NCBI RefSeq assembly: GCF_000025665.1
Contig: NC_013926.1
Location: 150,001-182,000, forward strand
DNA from: Aciduliprofundum boonei T469
GTDB taxonomy: Archaea; Thermoplasmatota; Thermoplasmata; Thermoplasmatales; Aciduliprofundaceae
Reading direction: 5' to 3'
DNA length: 32,000 bases
Under the pieces are notes generated by a model that was not told where the DNA came from, did not search any database, and saw only the letters and a list, made by a program, of their open reading frames with translations. Shown here piece after piece: positions 18,493 through 25,250 of this stretch (position 1 is its first letter; every line of letters starts with the position of its first letter). The position numbers and the translations under genes were made by a program.

Positions 18493-20172
18493 GTGCCTGA
18501 GATAAGAGTTCTGCCCCCAAACATCGTTGAGAAAATTGCTGCGGGAGAGGTAGTGGAGAGACCTGCAAGTGTTGTTAAAGAACTTGTTGAGAATAGCATA
18601 GATGCAGGAGCAACTAAGATTGCGATCCATGTGGAGGGAGGAGGAACAAAGAGAATTAGAGTGGTAGATGACGGCTGCGGAATGAGTGAAGAGGATGCAA
18701 TTCTTGCATTAAAGAGGCATGCGACAAGTAAGATAAAGAGCGAGGAGGATTTGAACAGGATAAGCACCTTGGGATTTAGAGGAGAGGCTTTGCCAAGCAT
18801 AGCGGCAGTTTCAAAATTGACAATAATTACCAAGAGGAAAGAGGATCTTGTGGGAACAAAAATCCATGTGGAAGGGGGAGAGATAAAGAATATTACGAGC
18901 ATCGGTGCTCCTTCAGGCACCTCTGTACTTGTGGAAGACTTATTTTACAACACTCCTGCAAGAAGAAAATTCTTAAAGAGTGAGAGGAGCGAGTTTTTTC
19001 AGATATATTCAATCGTGGAGAAATATGCTATAATTTACGAGAACATTCATTTCAAACTCGTGCATAATGGAAAAGAGGTATTTAATCTACCGCCCTCCAA
19101 TCTAAAGGCGAGAATCGCAAGGCTCTGGGGTAAGGAAATTGCCGATGCAATGGTTGAAATAAAGAAGAGCAACAGAATGAAAATTAAAGGACTTATAGCA
19201 AAGCCATATCAGGTTAGAAGAGATAAAAACAAGCTCCTAATTTTTGTTAATGGGAGGTATGTGAAAAGCAGAATAATAGAAGATGCCCTCGTAGAGGGTT
19301 ACGGTACCCTTCTGTTCAGAGATTCTTATCCAATTGCTATACTAAAAATTCAGGTTGAGCCAGATGAAATCGATGTTAATGTCCATCCTGCAAAACTCTT
19401 TGTTAAGTTTAAAGATGAAAATAGAATAAAGAAAGAAATTGCAAATTTGATATGGAACTCACTTACAAAAGAGGAAAATATCCCATCAAAAATTGGTGGA
19501 AGAGAGGAAAGAGCAGAGAAGATCAAAATTGAGCGAGAGAAACAGATGGTCTTTGATGTGGAAGAGCCCAGCAAGATGAGGAAAATAGAAGATTTCATCC
19601 CGGTTATGAGAACCCTGCCCATGGAAATTTTAGGGCAAGTAGATGGCACATACATAATTCTTAAATCTCCAGAGGGATTGGTAATAGTGGACCAGCATGC
19701 GGCTCACGAGCGCATAAGGTACGAGAGATTTTTGAAAGATATGAAAGACAGGAACATTCAGAAGCTCTTAGAGCCCATTATTTTAAATTTAGATTACAAA
19801 GAGTACCAATTCATACTTGAACAAAAAGGGAGCCTTCGGGATTATGGTTTCATAATAGAGGATTTTGGTACAAATTCAATTGTTGTCAGGGGAATACCCC
19901 CTATACTGACAAAGAGGGATGCGGAGGATGCAATAAGGGAAATTGCTCAGTTAGGTCCCAAATCAATAGATGAGAAGAGAGATGAACTCATAAAACTCAT
20001 CTCCTGCAAAGGTGCAATTAAAGCACATCAAAAGCTATCTCAATTTGAAATGGAAAAACTGATAATGGATCTATTAAGATGCAAGAATCCCTACACATGC
20101 CCCCATGGAAGGTCCACGATGATAAAGATAAAAAACGAAGATTTAGAAAAGATGTTTAAAAGAAAAGAGTGA
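18493..20172 (+). CDS. mutL: DNA mismatch repair protein MutL (endonuclease-proficient type)
   Basis: GHKL ATPase N-terminus IRVLPPNIVEKIAAGEVVERPASVVKELVENSIDAGA and GFRGEAL. The C-terminal endonuclease motif is DQHAAHERIRYE (19690-19725), followed by SCKGAIKAH and CPHGRSTM. There is no ATG near the N-terminus; GTG 18493 gives (M)PEIRVL, and the track uses TTG 18448. Confidence 0.88.
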   Translation: MPEIRVLPPNIVEKIAAGEVVERPASVVKELVENSIDAGATKIAIHVEGGGTKRIRVVDDGCGMSEEDAILALKRHATSKIKSEEDLNRISTLGFRGEALPSIAAVSKLTIITKRKEDLVGTKIHVEGGEIKNITSIGAPSGTSVLVEDLFYNTPARRKFLKSERSEFFQIYSIVEKYAIIYENIHFKLVHNGKEVFNLPPSNLKARIARLWGKEIADAMVEIKKSNRMKIKGLIAKPYQVRRDKNKLLIFVNGRYVKSRIIEDALVEGYGTLLFRDSYPIAILKIQVEPDEIDVNVHPAKLFVKFKDENRIKKEIANLIWNSLTKEENIPSKIGGREERAEKIKIEREKQMVFDVEEPSKMRKIEDFIPVMRTLPMEILGQVDGTYIILKSPEGLVIVDQHAAHERIRYERFLKDMKDRNIQKLLEPIILNLDYKEYQFILEQKGSLRDYGFIIEDFGTNSIVVRGIPPILTKRDAEDAIREIAQLGPKSIDEKRDELIKLISCKGAIKAHQKLSQFEMEKLIMDLLRCKNPYTCPHGRSTMIKIKNEDLEKMFKRKE

Positions 20173-21093
20173 TTATGGCTTTATAAGCCGCACCAATATT
20201 GCCTTTTGTGCATGCAATCTGTTTTCTGCCTCATCAAACACCACACTGTTACGGGAGTCTATCACATCATCGGTTACTTCATATCCTCTGTGAGCAGGTA
20301 AGCAGTGCATAAAAATGTAGTTGCTCTTTGCATGCCTAACAAGCTCTTCATTTACCTGATAGGGTTTGAAAACTTTAAGGCGAATTTCCTTCTCCGCCTC
20401 ATCACCCATACTAACCCACACATCCGTATAAATCACATCAGCATCCTTAACTGCCTCCACAGGATCATGGGTTATCACAATCTTTGCCCCTGTCTCGTTC
20501 GCTATCTTCCTTGCTTCTCCCACTATATCTTTCTTGGGCTCATAACCGTCTGGGCAAGCCATATAGAAATTCATACCAACAATCGCAGCCCCGAGCATTA
20601 GAGAATGGGCAACATTATTTCCATCACCAACATAGGCAAGCTTCAACCCTCTAAATCCTCCCTTTTTCTCCTTTATTGTCATGAGATCAGCCACAATTTG
20701 ACAGGGATGCTCCAAATCATCCAAAGCGTTTATTACGGGTACAGAAGCATTTTCAGCGAGCTCCACAACATTTTCATGCTTGTACGCACGATAAACTATC
20801 GCATCCACATACCTCGACAGTACCCTGGCAGTATCTGCAATCGTTTCCCCACGACCAAGCTGCATATCCCTCGGAGAAAGGTAAAGAGCATGTCCCCCGA
20901 GCTGAGTCATAGCCACCTCAAAAGAAACTCTAGTTCTCGTACTTGGCTTTTCAAAAATCATAGCCATGCTCTTGTCCTTCAACGGCTCGTACACTTCAAC
21001 CATTCTCTGTCTTCTTTTCATCTCTAAGCCAAGGTCTATTATCTCTTCAAGCTCATCCTTAATGTCCACTATGGAAATCAGATCCTTTTTCAT
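20173..21093 (-). CDS. argF: Ornithine carbamoyltransferase
   Basis: FEKPSTRTRVSFE (carbamoyl-phosphate site), DVWVSMGDE and MHCLPAHRG are OTC-type motifs. GAGGTGA SD lies 5 nt before ATG 21093; the track start is 21114. Confidence 0.88.
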   Translation of the reverse strand: MKKDLISIVDIKDELEEIIDLGLEMKRRQRMVEVYEPLKDKSMAMIFEKPSTRTRVSFEVAMTQLGGHALYLSPRDMQLGRGETIADTARVLSRYVDAIVYRAYKHENVVELAENASVPVINALDDLEHPCQIVADLMTIKEKKGGFRGLKLAYVGDGNNVAHSLMLGAAIVGMNFYMACPDGYEPKKDIVGEARKIANETGAKIVITHDPVEAVKDADVIYTDVWVSMGDEAEKEIRLKVFKPYQVNEELVRHAKSNYIFMHCLPAHRGYEVTDDVIDSRNSVVFDEAENRLHAQKAILVRLIKP

Positions 21094-21157
21094 TATGCTC
21101 ACCTCATAGAACAATTGCTATAACTCAAATGAATATTTAAATTTAAGCATAATAAAA

Positions 21158-21472
21158 GGTGCCAGGCACGCCGAGGTGGATGCCCAGAACCCATTCCAGG
21201 GGCCCATACAGCCCCTCCGCCCCGCTACCCTCCGAGCGCCAACGGTCCACGGTACCGCTGCTCCCTTCCGGGCCTGGCGGGGTTCCCGTGGCAAAGCGCT
21301 GTGGAGCTTCCCTCCGAAAGCCCACAGCGCTCCCGCGACCCCGGAGGACAGAGCTTCAACAGGGCTGCATGGTCTGAAACGGGCCTGGTTACACCGCCCT
21401 CGGCTGTCGCCCCCGCGTATAGACGCTTTCGGGTTACAGGGGACGCCTAACCCCCCGGCCTAGCCTGGCACC
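21158..21472 (-). ncRNA. Signal recognition particle RNA (archaeal 7S/SRP RNA), ~315 nt
   Basis: A sharply GC-rich island in an AT-rich context. The ends pair perfectly (GGTGCCAGGC...GCCTGGCACC). The minus strand carries the helix-8 signature CCGCCAGGCCCGGAAGGGAGCAGCGGUACC with a GGAA tetraloop (plus-strand 21251-21280). TATA-like TAAAATA lies 22-28 nt upstream of the 5' end, and a TTTT run lies immediately after the 3' end. Confidence 0.9.
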
Positions 21473-21493
21473 AAGATGTTTAATCTCTTCCCC

Positions 21494-21500
21494 TATTTTA
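21494..21500 (-). promoter_or_regulatory. TATA box of the SRP RNA gene
   Basis: Minus-strand TAAAATA centred about 25 nt upstream of the inferred RNA 5' end at 21472. This is the canonical archaeal spacing. Confidence 0.5.
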
Positions 21501-21683
21501 ACCTTTTTACCAGAAAATTTAATAAATTTTATGCCACTTTGTTTAACAGAATAATAGCTAATATTCACAATTATTGAGAATGAATGCTAAAATTTTGCCG
21601 TGTTAACAATAATTTTTGAATATACTTTCCTTTTACCATGTGTTTTACCAAAAATAAAATATATAGATTATCGCATTACATCA

Positions 21684-21702
21684 TGTTAAACAATTGTTAA
21701 AC
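21684..21702 (+). promoter_or_regulatory. Tandem TGTTAAAC-AAT-TGTTAAAC direct repeat (11-bp phasing); candidate operator of the downstream RHH regulator
   Basis: Two exact 8-mers start at 21684 and 21695. They sit between the TATA-like AAAATAAAATATATAG (about 21650-21666) and ATG 21712. Related copies are GTTTAACA (reverse orientation, 21541-21548) and the palindromic TGTTAACA (21601-21608). Confidence 0.4.
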
Positions 21703-21711
21703 GTGAGAACT

Positions 21712-22047
21712 ATGATTGTGGGTGCAAGAATTCCAGATGAATTGAAGATAAAAATCGAAGATCTCTGCGAAAAGGAGGGAAAGACGGTCTCAGAGCTCAT
21801 TAGGGAGCTCATAGAGAACTATGTGGAAGAGAGAGAGGAGGAGTGGCAAAGGGTGAAACTCGTAGCAAAAGTACCTCGTAATATACTCTCACAAATAGAC
21901 ATATTCATCGAGAAAGGATATGCATTGGATAGGGAGCATGTATTAAGTGAAGCCCTATCCTTATGGCTTAGGGTTAAAAAAATGGAATATAGAAAGAACT
22001 GGAAGGAAGAATTAATAGAGGCACTTGATGGAACTTCACTTCTATGA
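21712..22047 (+). CDS. Tandem ribbon-helix-helix (CopG/Arc-MetJ-like) DNA-binding protein
   Basis: Two RHH-like units: MIVGARIPDELKIKIEDLCEKEGKTVSELIRELIENYV and VKLVAKVPRNILSQIDIFIEKGYALDREHVLSEALSLWL. The track start at 21694 is TTG inside the repeat element, so ATG 21712 is preferred. Confidence 0.65.
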   Translation: MIVGARIPDELKIKIEDLCEKEGKTVSELIRELIENYVEEREEEWQRVKLVAKVPRNILSQIDIFIEKGYALDREHVLSEALSLWLRVKKMEYRKNWKEELIEALDGTSLL

Positions 22048-22062
22048 CGGGATGGGATGCGC

Positions 22063-22085
22063 GGCCAGGGCTAAAAACCCTGGCC
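22063..22085 (+). other. Perfect GC-rich hairpin GGCCAGGG-CTAAAAA-CCCTGGCC between the RHH gene and the zinc-ribbon ORF
   Basis: An 8-bp stem of mostly G:C pairs (one A:T) with a 7-nt loop, seen directly. It lies 16 nt after the RHH stop and 18 nt before ATG 22103. It is not followed by a T-run. Confidence 0.5.
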
Positions 22086-22102
22086 TTAAAGCTCAGAAGG
22101 TG

Positions 22103-22264
22103 ATGAACATGATTTGCGTTGTGTGTGGAAAAAAAGCAAAGTATAACGAAAAATTGAACATATACTATTGCCCAGAGCATGGACTGACCACATGGCTTGA
22201 TGAGTCTAGCGAGAAACTCATTATGCCAGAGGTGAGAAAGAATGCAGAGGCTGTATTGGGATGA
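22103..22264 (+). CDS. Small zinc-ribbon-like protein (53 aa), function unknown
   Basis: MNMICVVCGKKAKYNEKLNIYYCPEHG carries a CxxC...CPxH four-ligand pattern. AAGGTGATG provides an SD directly upstream of ATG 22103. The 3' end overlaps the creatininase-family gene by 23 nt. The track ORF from 22025 would run through the hairpin and overlap the RHH gene. Confidence 0.45.
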   Translation: MNMICVVCGKKAKYNEKLNIYYCPEHGLTTWLDESSEKLIMPEVRKNAEAVLG

Positions 22265-22961
22265 GTATACCTATGCCGAAATCGAAGGTATAATAAAAAA
22301 GCAGCCATTAGTGATACTTCCTGTGGGCAGCGTTGAGGCGCATGGTCATCATTTACCATTAAATACAGATATGCTCCAACCGTTGTGGTTAGCAGAAGAA
22401 ATTGCAAAAAGAATCAATGCTCTTATACTTCCTCCCATTCATTACGGATGGACACAAGGGCTATCATCATTTCCAGGAACTATATCAATAAGCTTTGATT
22501 CTCTCCGGGGATTCGTTAAAGATATTCTAAGCGAAGTGGCAAAGCATGAAATTAGAAAAATTATGGTATTGTCAGGACACGCAAGTACAAACCACATGGC
22601 GGCTTTACGACTTGCATGTGAGGATGTTTTAAAAGAGTACAAAGACTTGAAAATCATGCTTCTTTCTGATTATTACATAGCATATCAATATCGTGGAAAA
22701 CTAGTGCCTGAGGATGACAGCCATGCAGGAATAATTGAAACTTCTCGCATAATGGCAATTCGCCCAGAACTTGTGAAAAAGAACTACAAATTCAAGAAAA
22801 ACCATGCTGGAAAGTATACAGTACAGGTAGATTACAAGGAAATGGTACCATATGCGACCTTTAGCAATCCAGAAGGTGCAAGTAAGGAGTTGGGAGAGAA
22901 ATTAAACAATATGATATTAGAAGAACTTCTAAAAATAATAAAAGAAAATTTTGGAGATTAG
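22242..22961 (+). CDS. Creatininase-family amidohydrolase (possibly ArfB-type formamide hydrolase)
   Basis: The N-terminal signature YTYAEIEGIIKKQPLVILPVGSVEAHGHHLPLNTD holds the metal-binding E/H/D residues, and a later GHASTNH motif is present. GAGGTGA SD lies 7 nt upstream. The specific substrate cannot be assigned from sequence. Confidence 0.75.
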   Translation: MQRLYWDEYTYAEIEGIIKKQPLVILPVGSVEAHGHHLPLNTDMLQPLWLAEEIAKRINALILPPIHYGWTQGLSSFPGTISISFDSLRGFVKDILSEVAKHEIRKIMVLSGHASTNHMAALRLACEDVLKEYKDLKIMLLSDYYIAYQYRGKLVPEDDSHAGIIETSRIMAIRPELVKKNYKFKKNHAGKYTVQVDYKEMVPYATFSNPEGASKELGEKLNNMILEELLKIIKENFGD

Positions 22962-24277
22962 TGCCTTCTTTTTATTGCTATAAATGCCACCACTGCCACT
23001 ATTAAAATCGGCAGGAATGCACTGAATTCTGGTATCTCTGATGATGTCCATAAAGAGCCATAGTCATGCTTTGCAGTGTAATCATACCAAACGAAATAGT
23101 ATGTATTTGTTTCATTATTATAAGCTACATCCTGCCATTCTTCACTATCTGCGGTATTGGAGATTACCAGTGGCTGCGAGAGCAATGCATTACCATCCAT
23201 ATCGTAAGTCATTGCAACTATATCATAGCTCTCATTTGTCCATACAGCAATGTAAGAGTTTCCATTGTAAGCTATCCCTACAAAAGATACCCCATACTTG
23301 TTACTGGTTCCTATATTGAAGGTATTACCCAAAGTGCCATTTGTTGCATTTACATATACACCGTGTACATCGTAGGGAGAGTTATAATTAACATATGCCA
23401 CAAAGAACACTCCTGGACCTCCCTCTGCTGATGGATAATCATACTTTGTATTATTCGCTACCCCATTTGCAATTAAAAAATCTCCTGTAAGAGCATTTTC
23501 ATTTGAATCAAATATCTTACCAGTAATATTGTAAAGACCTGATATTCCAGAGTAATTTCTCCATAGAACTATAAAGTGATGAGTTGAACTATCATAAGCA
23601 ACAAAATTATCCGCGTGAGAATGTGTATCAGAAGATACTTTGAATTCTGCATTCAGTACAGGTGTATTTGGAGCCGATGCATTATATTCTATAGTTCTTC
23701 CATAGTTGTGATTACTAGAGTCACTCCAAACAACTAAGAATTCTCCATTTCCATAGGCCAATCCCAACCCAGTGGTAGCAATATCAGAAGCTATAGTAAA
23801 ATTGTCTGTTTTTTCTATACTACCATCCCCCCAATGCAAGAAAGTTCCATTTAGATTAGTTCCATTGTTCCATACAATAAGCAAAGCTTTGTCCATAGAA
23901 TCCGATGCTATCCTGAAATACCAGCTATACACATCAGTGACAGGAGATACAGTATTTTCAATGTTCCCAGTGGTTGCATTTACAAATGTGATTGTTAATT
24001 TTCCATAATTTACAGTACCTACTATAAACATATCTCCCACACTAACAACCTGTGGATTCTTATATCCTGAGCCAAAATCTTGCTGGACTGCCATATAACC
24101 CAAAGAAGTAACTTTGTTCTCCGACACTTTAGGAGCAGCAGTAAACATCAAAAAAATAACGCTGCTTACTACTAGAAGCACGATTACCACACTGATCAGA
24201 ACTTTCCAGCCCGACAAGTGATTTTTATTCTTTATACCTTCTCCTATAAAGACATCTCTTGCTTTAAGTCCTCTCAT
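22958..24277 (-). CDS. Surface protein: N-terminal signal anchor, ~7 W-motif repeats (predicted beta-propeller), PEF-CTERM-like sorting signal
   Basis: Repeats include LLIVWNNGTN, FLVVWSDSSNHNYGRTIEY, FIVLWRNYSGISGLYNITGKIFD, FFVAYVNYNSPYDVHGVYV, YIAVWTNESYDIVAMTYD and YYFVWYDYTAKHDYGSLW. The C-terminus is IPEFSAFLPILIVAVVAFIAIKRRH. ATG 24277 is preceded by GAGGTG; the track start 24292 is TTG. Confidence 0.75.
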   Translation of the reverse strand: MRGLKARDVFIGEGIKNKNHLSGWKVLISVVIVLLVVSSVIFLMFTAAPKVSENKVTSLGYMAVQQDFGSGYKNPQVVSVGDMFIVGTVNYGKLTITFVNATTGNIENTVSPVTDVYSWYFRIASDSMDKALLIVWNNGTNLNGTFLHWGDGSIEKTDNFTIASDIATTGLGLAYGNGEFLVVWSDSSNHNYGRTIEYNASAPNTPVLNAEFKVSSDTHSHADNFVAYDSSTHHFIVLWRNYSGISGLYNITGKIFDSNENALTGDFLIANGVANNTKYDYPSAEGGPGVFFVAYVNYNSPYDVHGVYVNATNGTLGNTFNIGTSNKYGVSFVGIAYNGNSYIAVWTNESYDIVAMTYDMDGNALLSQPLVISNTADSEEWQDVAYNNETNTYYFVWYDYTAKHDYGSLWTSSEIPEFSAFLPILIVAVVAFIAIKRRH

Positions 24278-24310
24278 CCCAACACCTCGCAAACATTATG
24301 TAAATTGAAA

Positions 24311-24324
24311 TATTTATAATTTTC
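24311..24324 (-). promoter_or_regulatory. BRE/TATA promoter core GAAAATTATAAATA (copy 1)
   Basis: A 14-nt element identical to 25233-25246, lying 34-47 nt upstream of ATG 24277. Confidence 0.5.
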
Positions 24325-24338
24325 ATTCCTCTCAAAAA

Positions 24339-25202
24339 TTAATGCTTTTTCTTAAATAATCTCACAATTACAACAATACTTGCAGCCACTACCAAGATGA
24401 AAAATGCATTCAATTCAGGAATACTCTGAGTATTCTGAGCTCTAGGCGTAGGTGAAGATTCATCATAGAAATTATGCGAGGGATTATCCGTATCCTCCGC
24501 ATTATAATATCTTGCAAGGGAATGCCCCTCAGAGACATCCTTTGCTGCGTTTGTGCTTCCCATATCCCCACCATTTCCATACCACATTACATCTATTTCA
24601 TTCTTAGAAGAATCAAAAAGGTGAATATCATCACCTGTATTAGCCATCTGTAAATTACCCTCTATGCTTACATCAGGTATGGAGTTACTTGTATTGGTGT
24701 CAAAATCAGGAGTTACTCCAGGAAATAATTCACTAAATTGACCTTTGTAAGTTGCATCGTGAACAATTAAGATATATCCTCCAGCAGCAATTTTAGTACC
24801 TGAAGGAAAAACCCAATAACCTTCGTATCTCGTTGTATTAAAATAAGGATTGTCTGTGAGTATCCATCCTGAGATATTCACCTCACTGCTTGTCGGATTA
24901 TACAACTCTATCCACTCACACTGTGGCTCGGAGTATCCTGATTTAACATCGTAATAAACTTCGTTTATAACAACATGATTTGCAGTTGCATCATAATTAT
25001 CGGATAAATTTTCTCTGGTATTGCGTTGAGAAGTGATAGACGAATAGGCCCAAGAGCTAGATAGGACTATCACAACTAATATTATTACAAAGATAAATGC
25101 AAATTTAGTTCCGTGAAATGCATTCCTCATTTTATAACGGGGAAACTTTTTCTTGTATATCCTATTCTCAACAAATCCTTTATCTTCCCTCAGCCCACTC
25201 AT
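24339..25202 (-). CDS. Lamin-tail-domain (LTD) surface protein with N-terminal TM and PEF-CTERM-like (PEL) C-terminal anchor
   Basis: LTD pattern VVINEVYYD...CEWIELYNPTSSEVNISGWILTD...AAGGYILIV...NTGDDIHLFDSSKNEIDVMWYG. N-terminal TM FAFIFVIILVVIVLSSSWA. C-terminus IPELNAFFILVVAASIVVIVRLFKKKH. Confidence 0.8.
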   Translation of the reverse strand: MSGLREDKGFVENRIYKKKFPRYKMRNAFHGTKFAFIFVIILVVIVLSSSWAYSSITSQRNTRENLSDNYDATANHVVINEVYYDVKSGYSEPQCEWIELYNPTSSEVNISGWILTDNPYFNTTRYEGYWVFPSGTKIAAGGYILIVHDATYKGQFSELFPGVTPDFDTNTSNSIPDVSIEGNLQMANTGDDIHLFDSSKNEIDVMWYGNGGDMGSTNAAKDVSEGHSLARYYNAEDTDNPSHNFYDESSPTPRAQNTQSIPELNAFFILVVAASIVVIVRLFKKKH

Positions 25203-25232
25203 TTAAAGCCCCAAAATATATGGGAAAAATAG

Positions 25233-25246
25233 TATTTATAATTTTC
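25233..25246 (-). promoter_or_regulatory. BRE/TATA promoter core GAAAATTATAAATA (copy 2)
   Basis: Identical 14-mer lying 31-44 nt upstream of ATG 25202, immediately after the stop of the DUF89 gene. Confidence 0.5.
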
Positions 25247-25250
25247 CAAG

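Noticed and set aside
21143-21463. Three overlapping ORFs (60, 72, 95 aa) with Pro/Arg/Gly-rich translations
   Set aside because: They lie entirely within the GC-rich SRP RNA gene and their composition is an artefact of translating a structured RNA. No SD or promoter logic supports them.
21473-21711. A 220-bp AT-rich intergenic region with short repeats, a possible replication origin
   Set aside because: No ORB or mini-ORB-like elements (no GGA/TCC-containing dyads), no adjacent cdc6/orc1 gene, and the repeats are only 8 bp. A promoter or operator interpretation is simpler.
22099-22190. GUGAUGA (C-box-like) at 22099-22105 with a CUGA about 85 nt downstream, a possible C/D box sRNA
   Set aside because: The GUGAUGA is the SD plus ATG of the zinc-ribbon ORF. 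The spacing to the nearest CUGA is too long for archaeal C/D sRNAs (about 50-70 nt). I found no C'/D' boxes or terminal stem.
21712-22264. RHH protein followed by a small ORF, a possible toxin-antitoxin pair
   Set aside because: The RHH protein is a tandem-domain regulator of about 112 aa rather than a short antitoxin. The downstream ORF looks like a zinc ribbon with no resemblance to RelE, ParE, VapC, MazF or HicA folds that I can recognise. It is also coupled to a metabolic enzyme gene.
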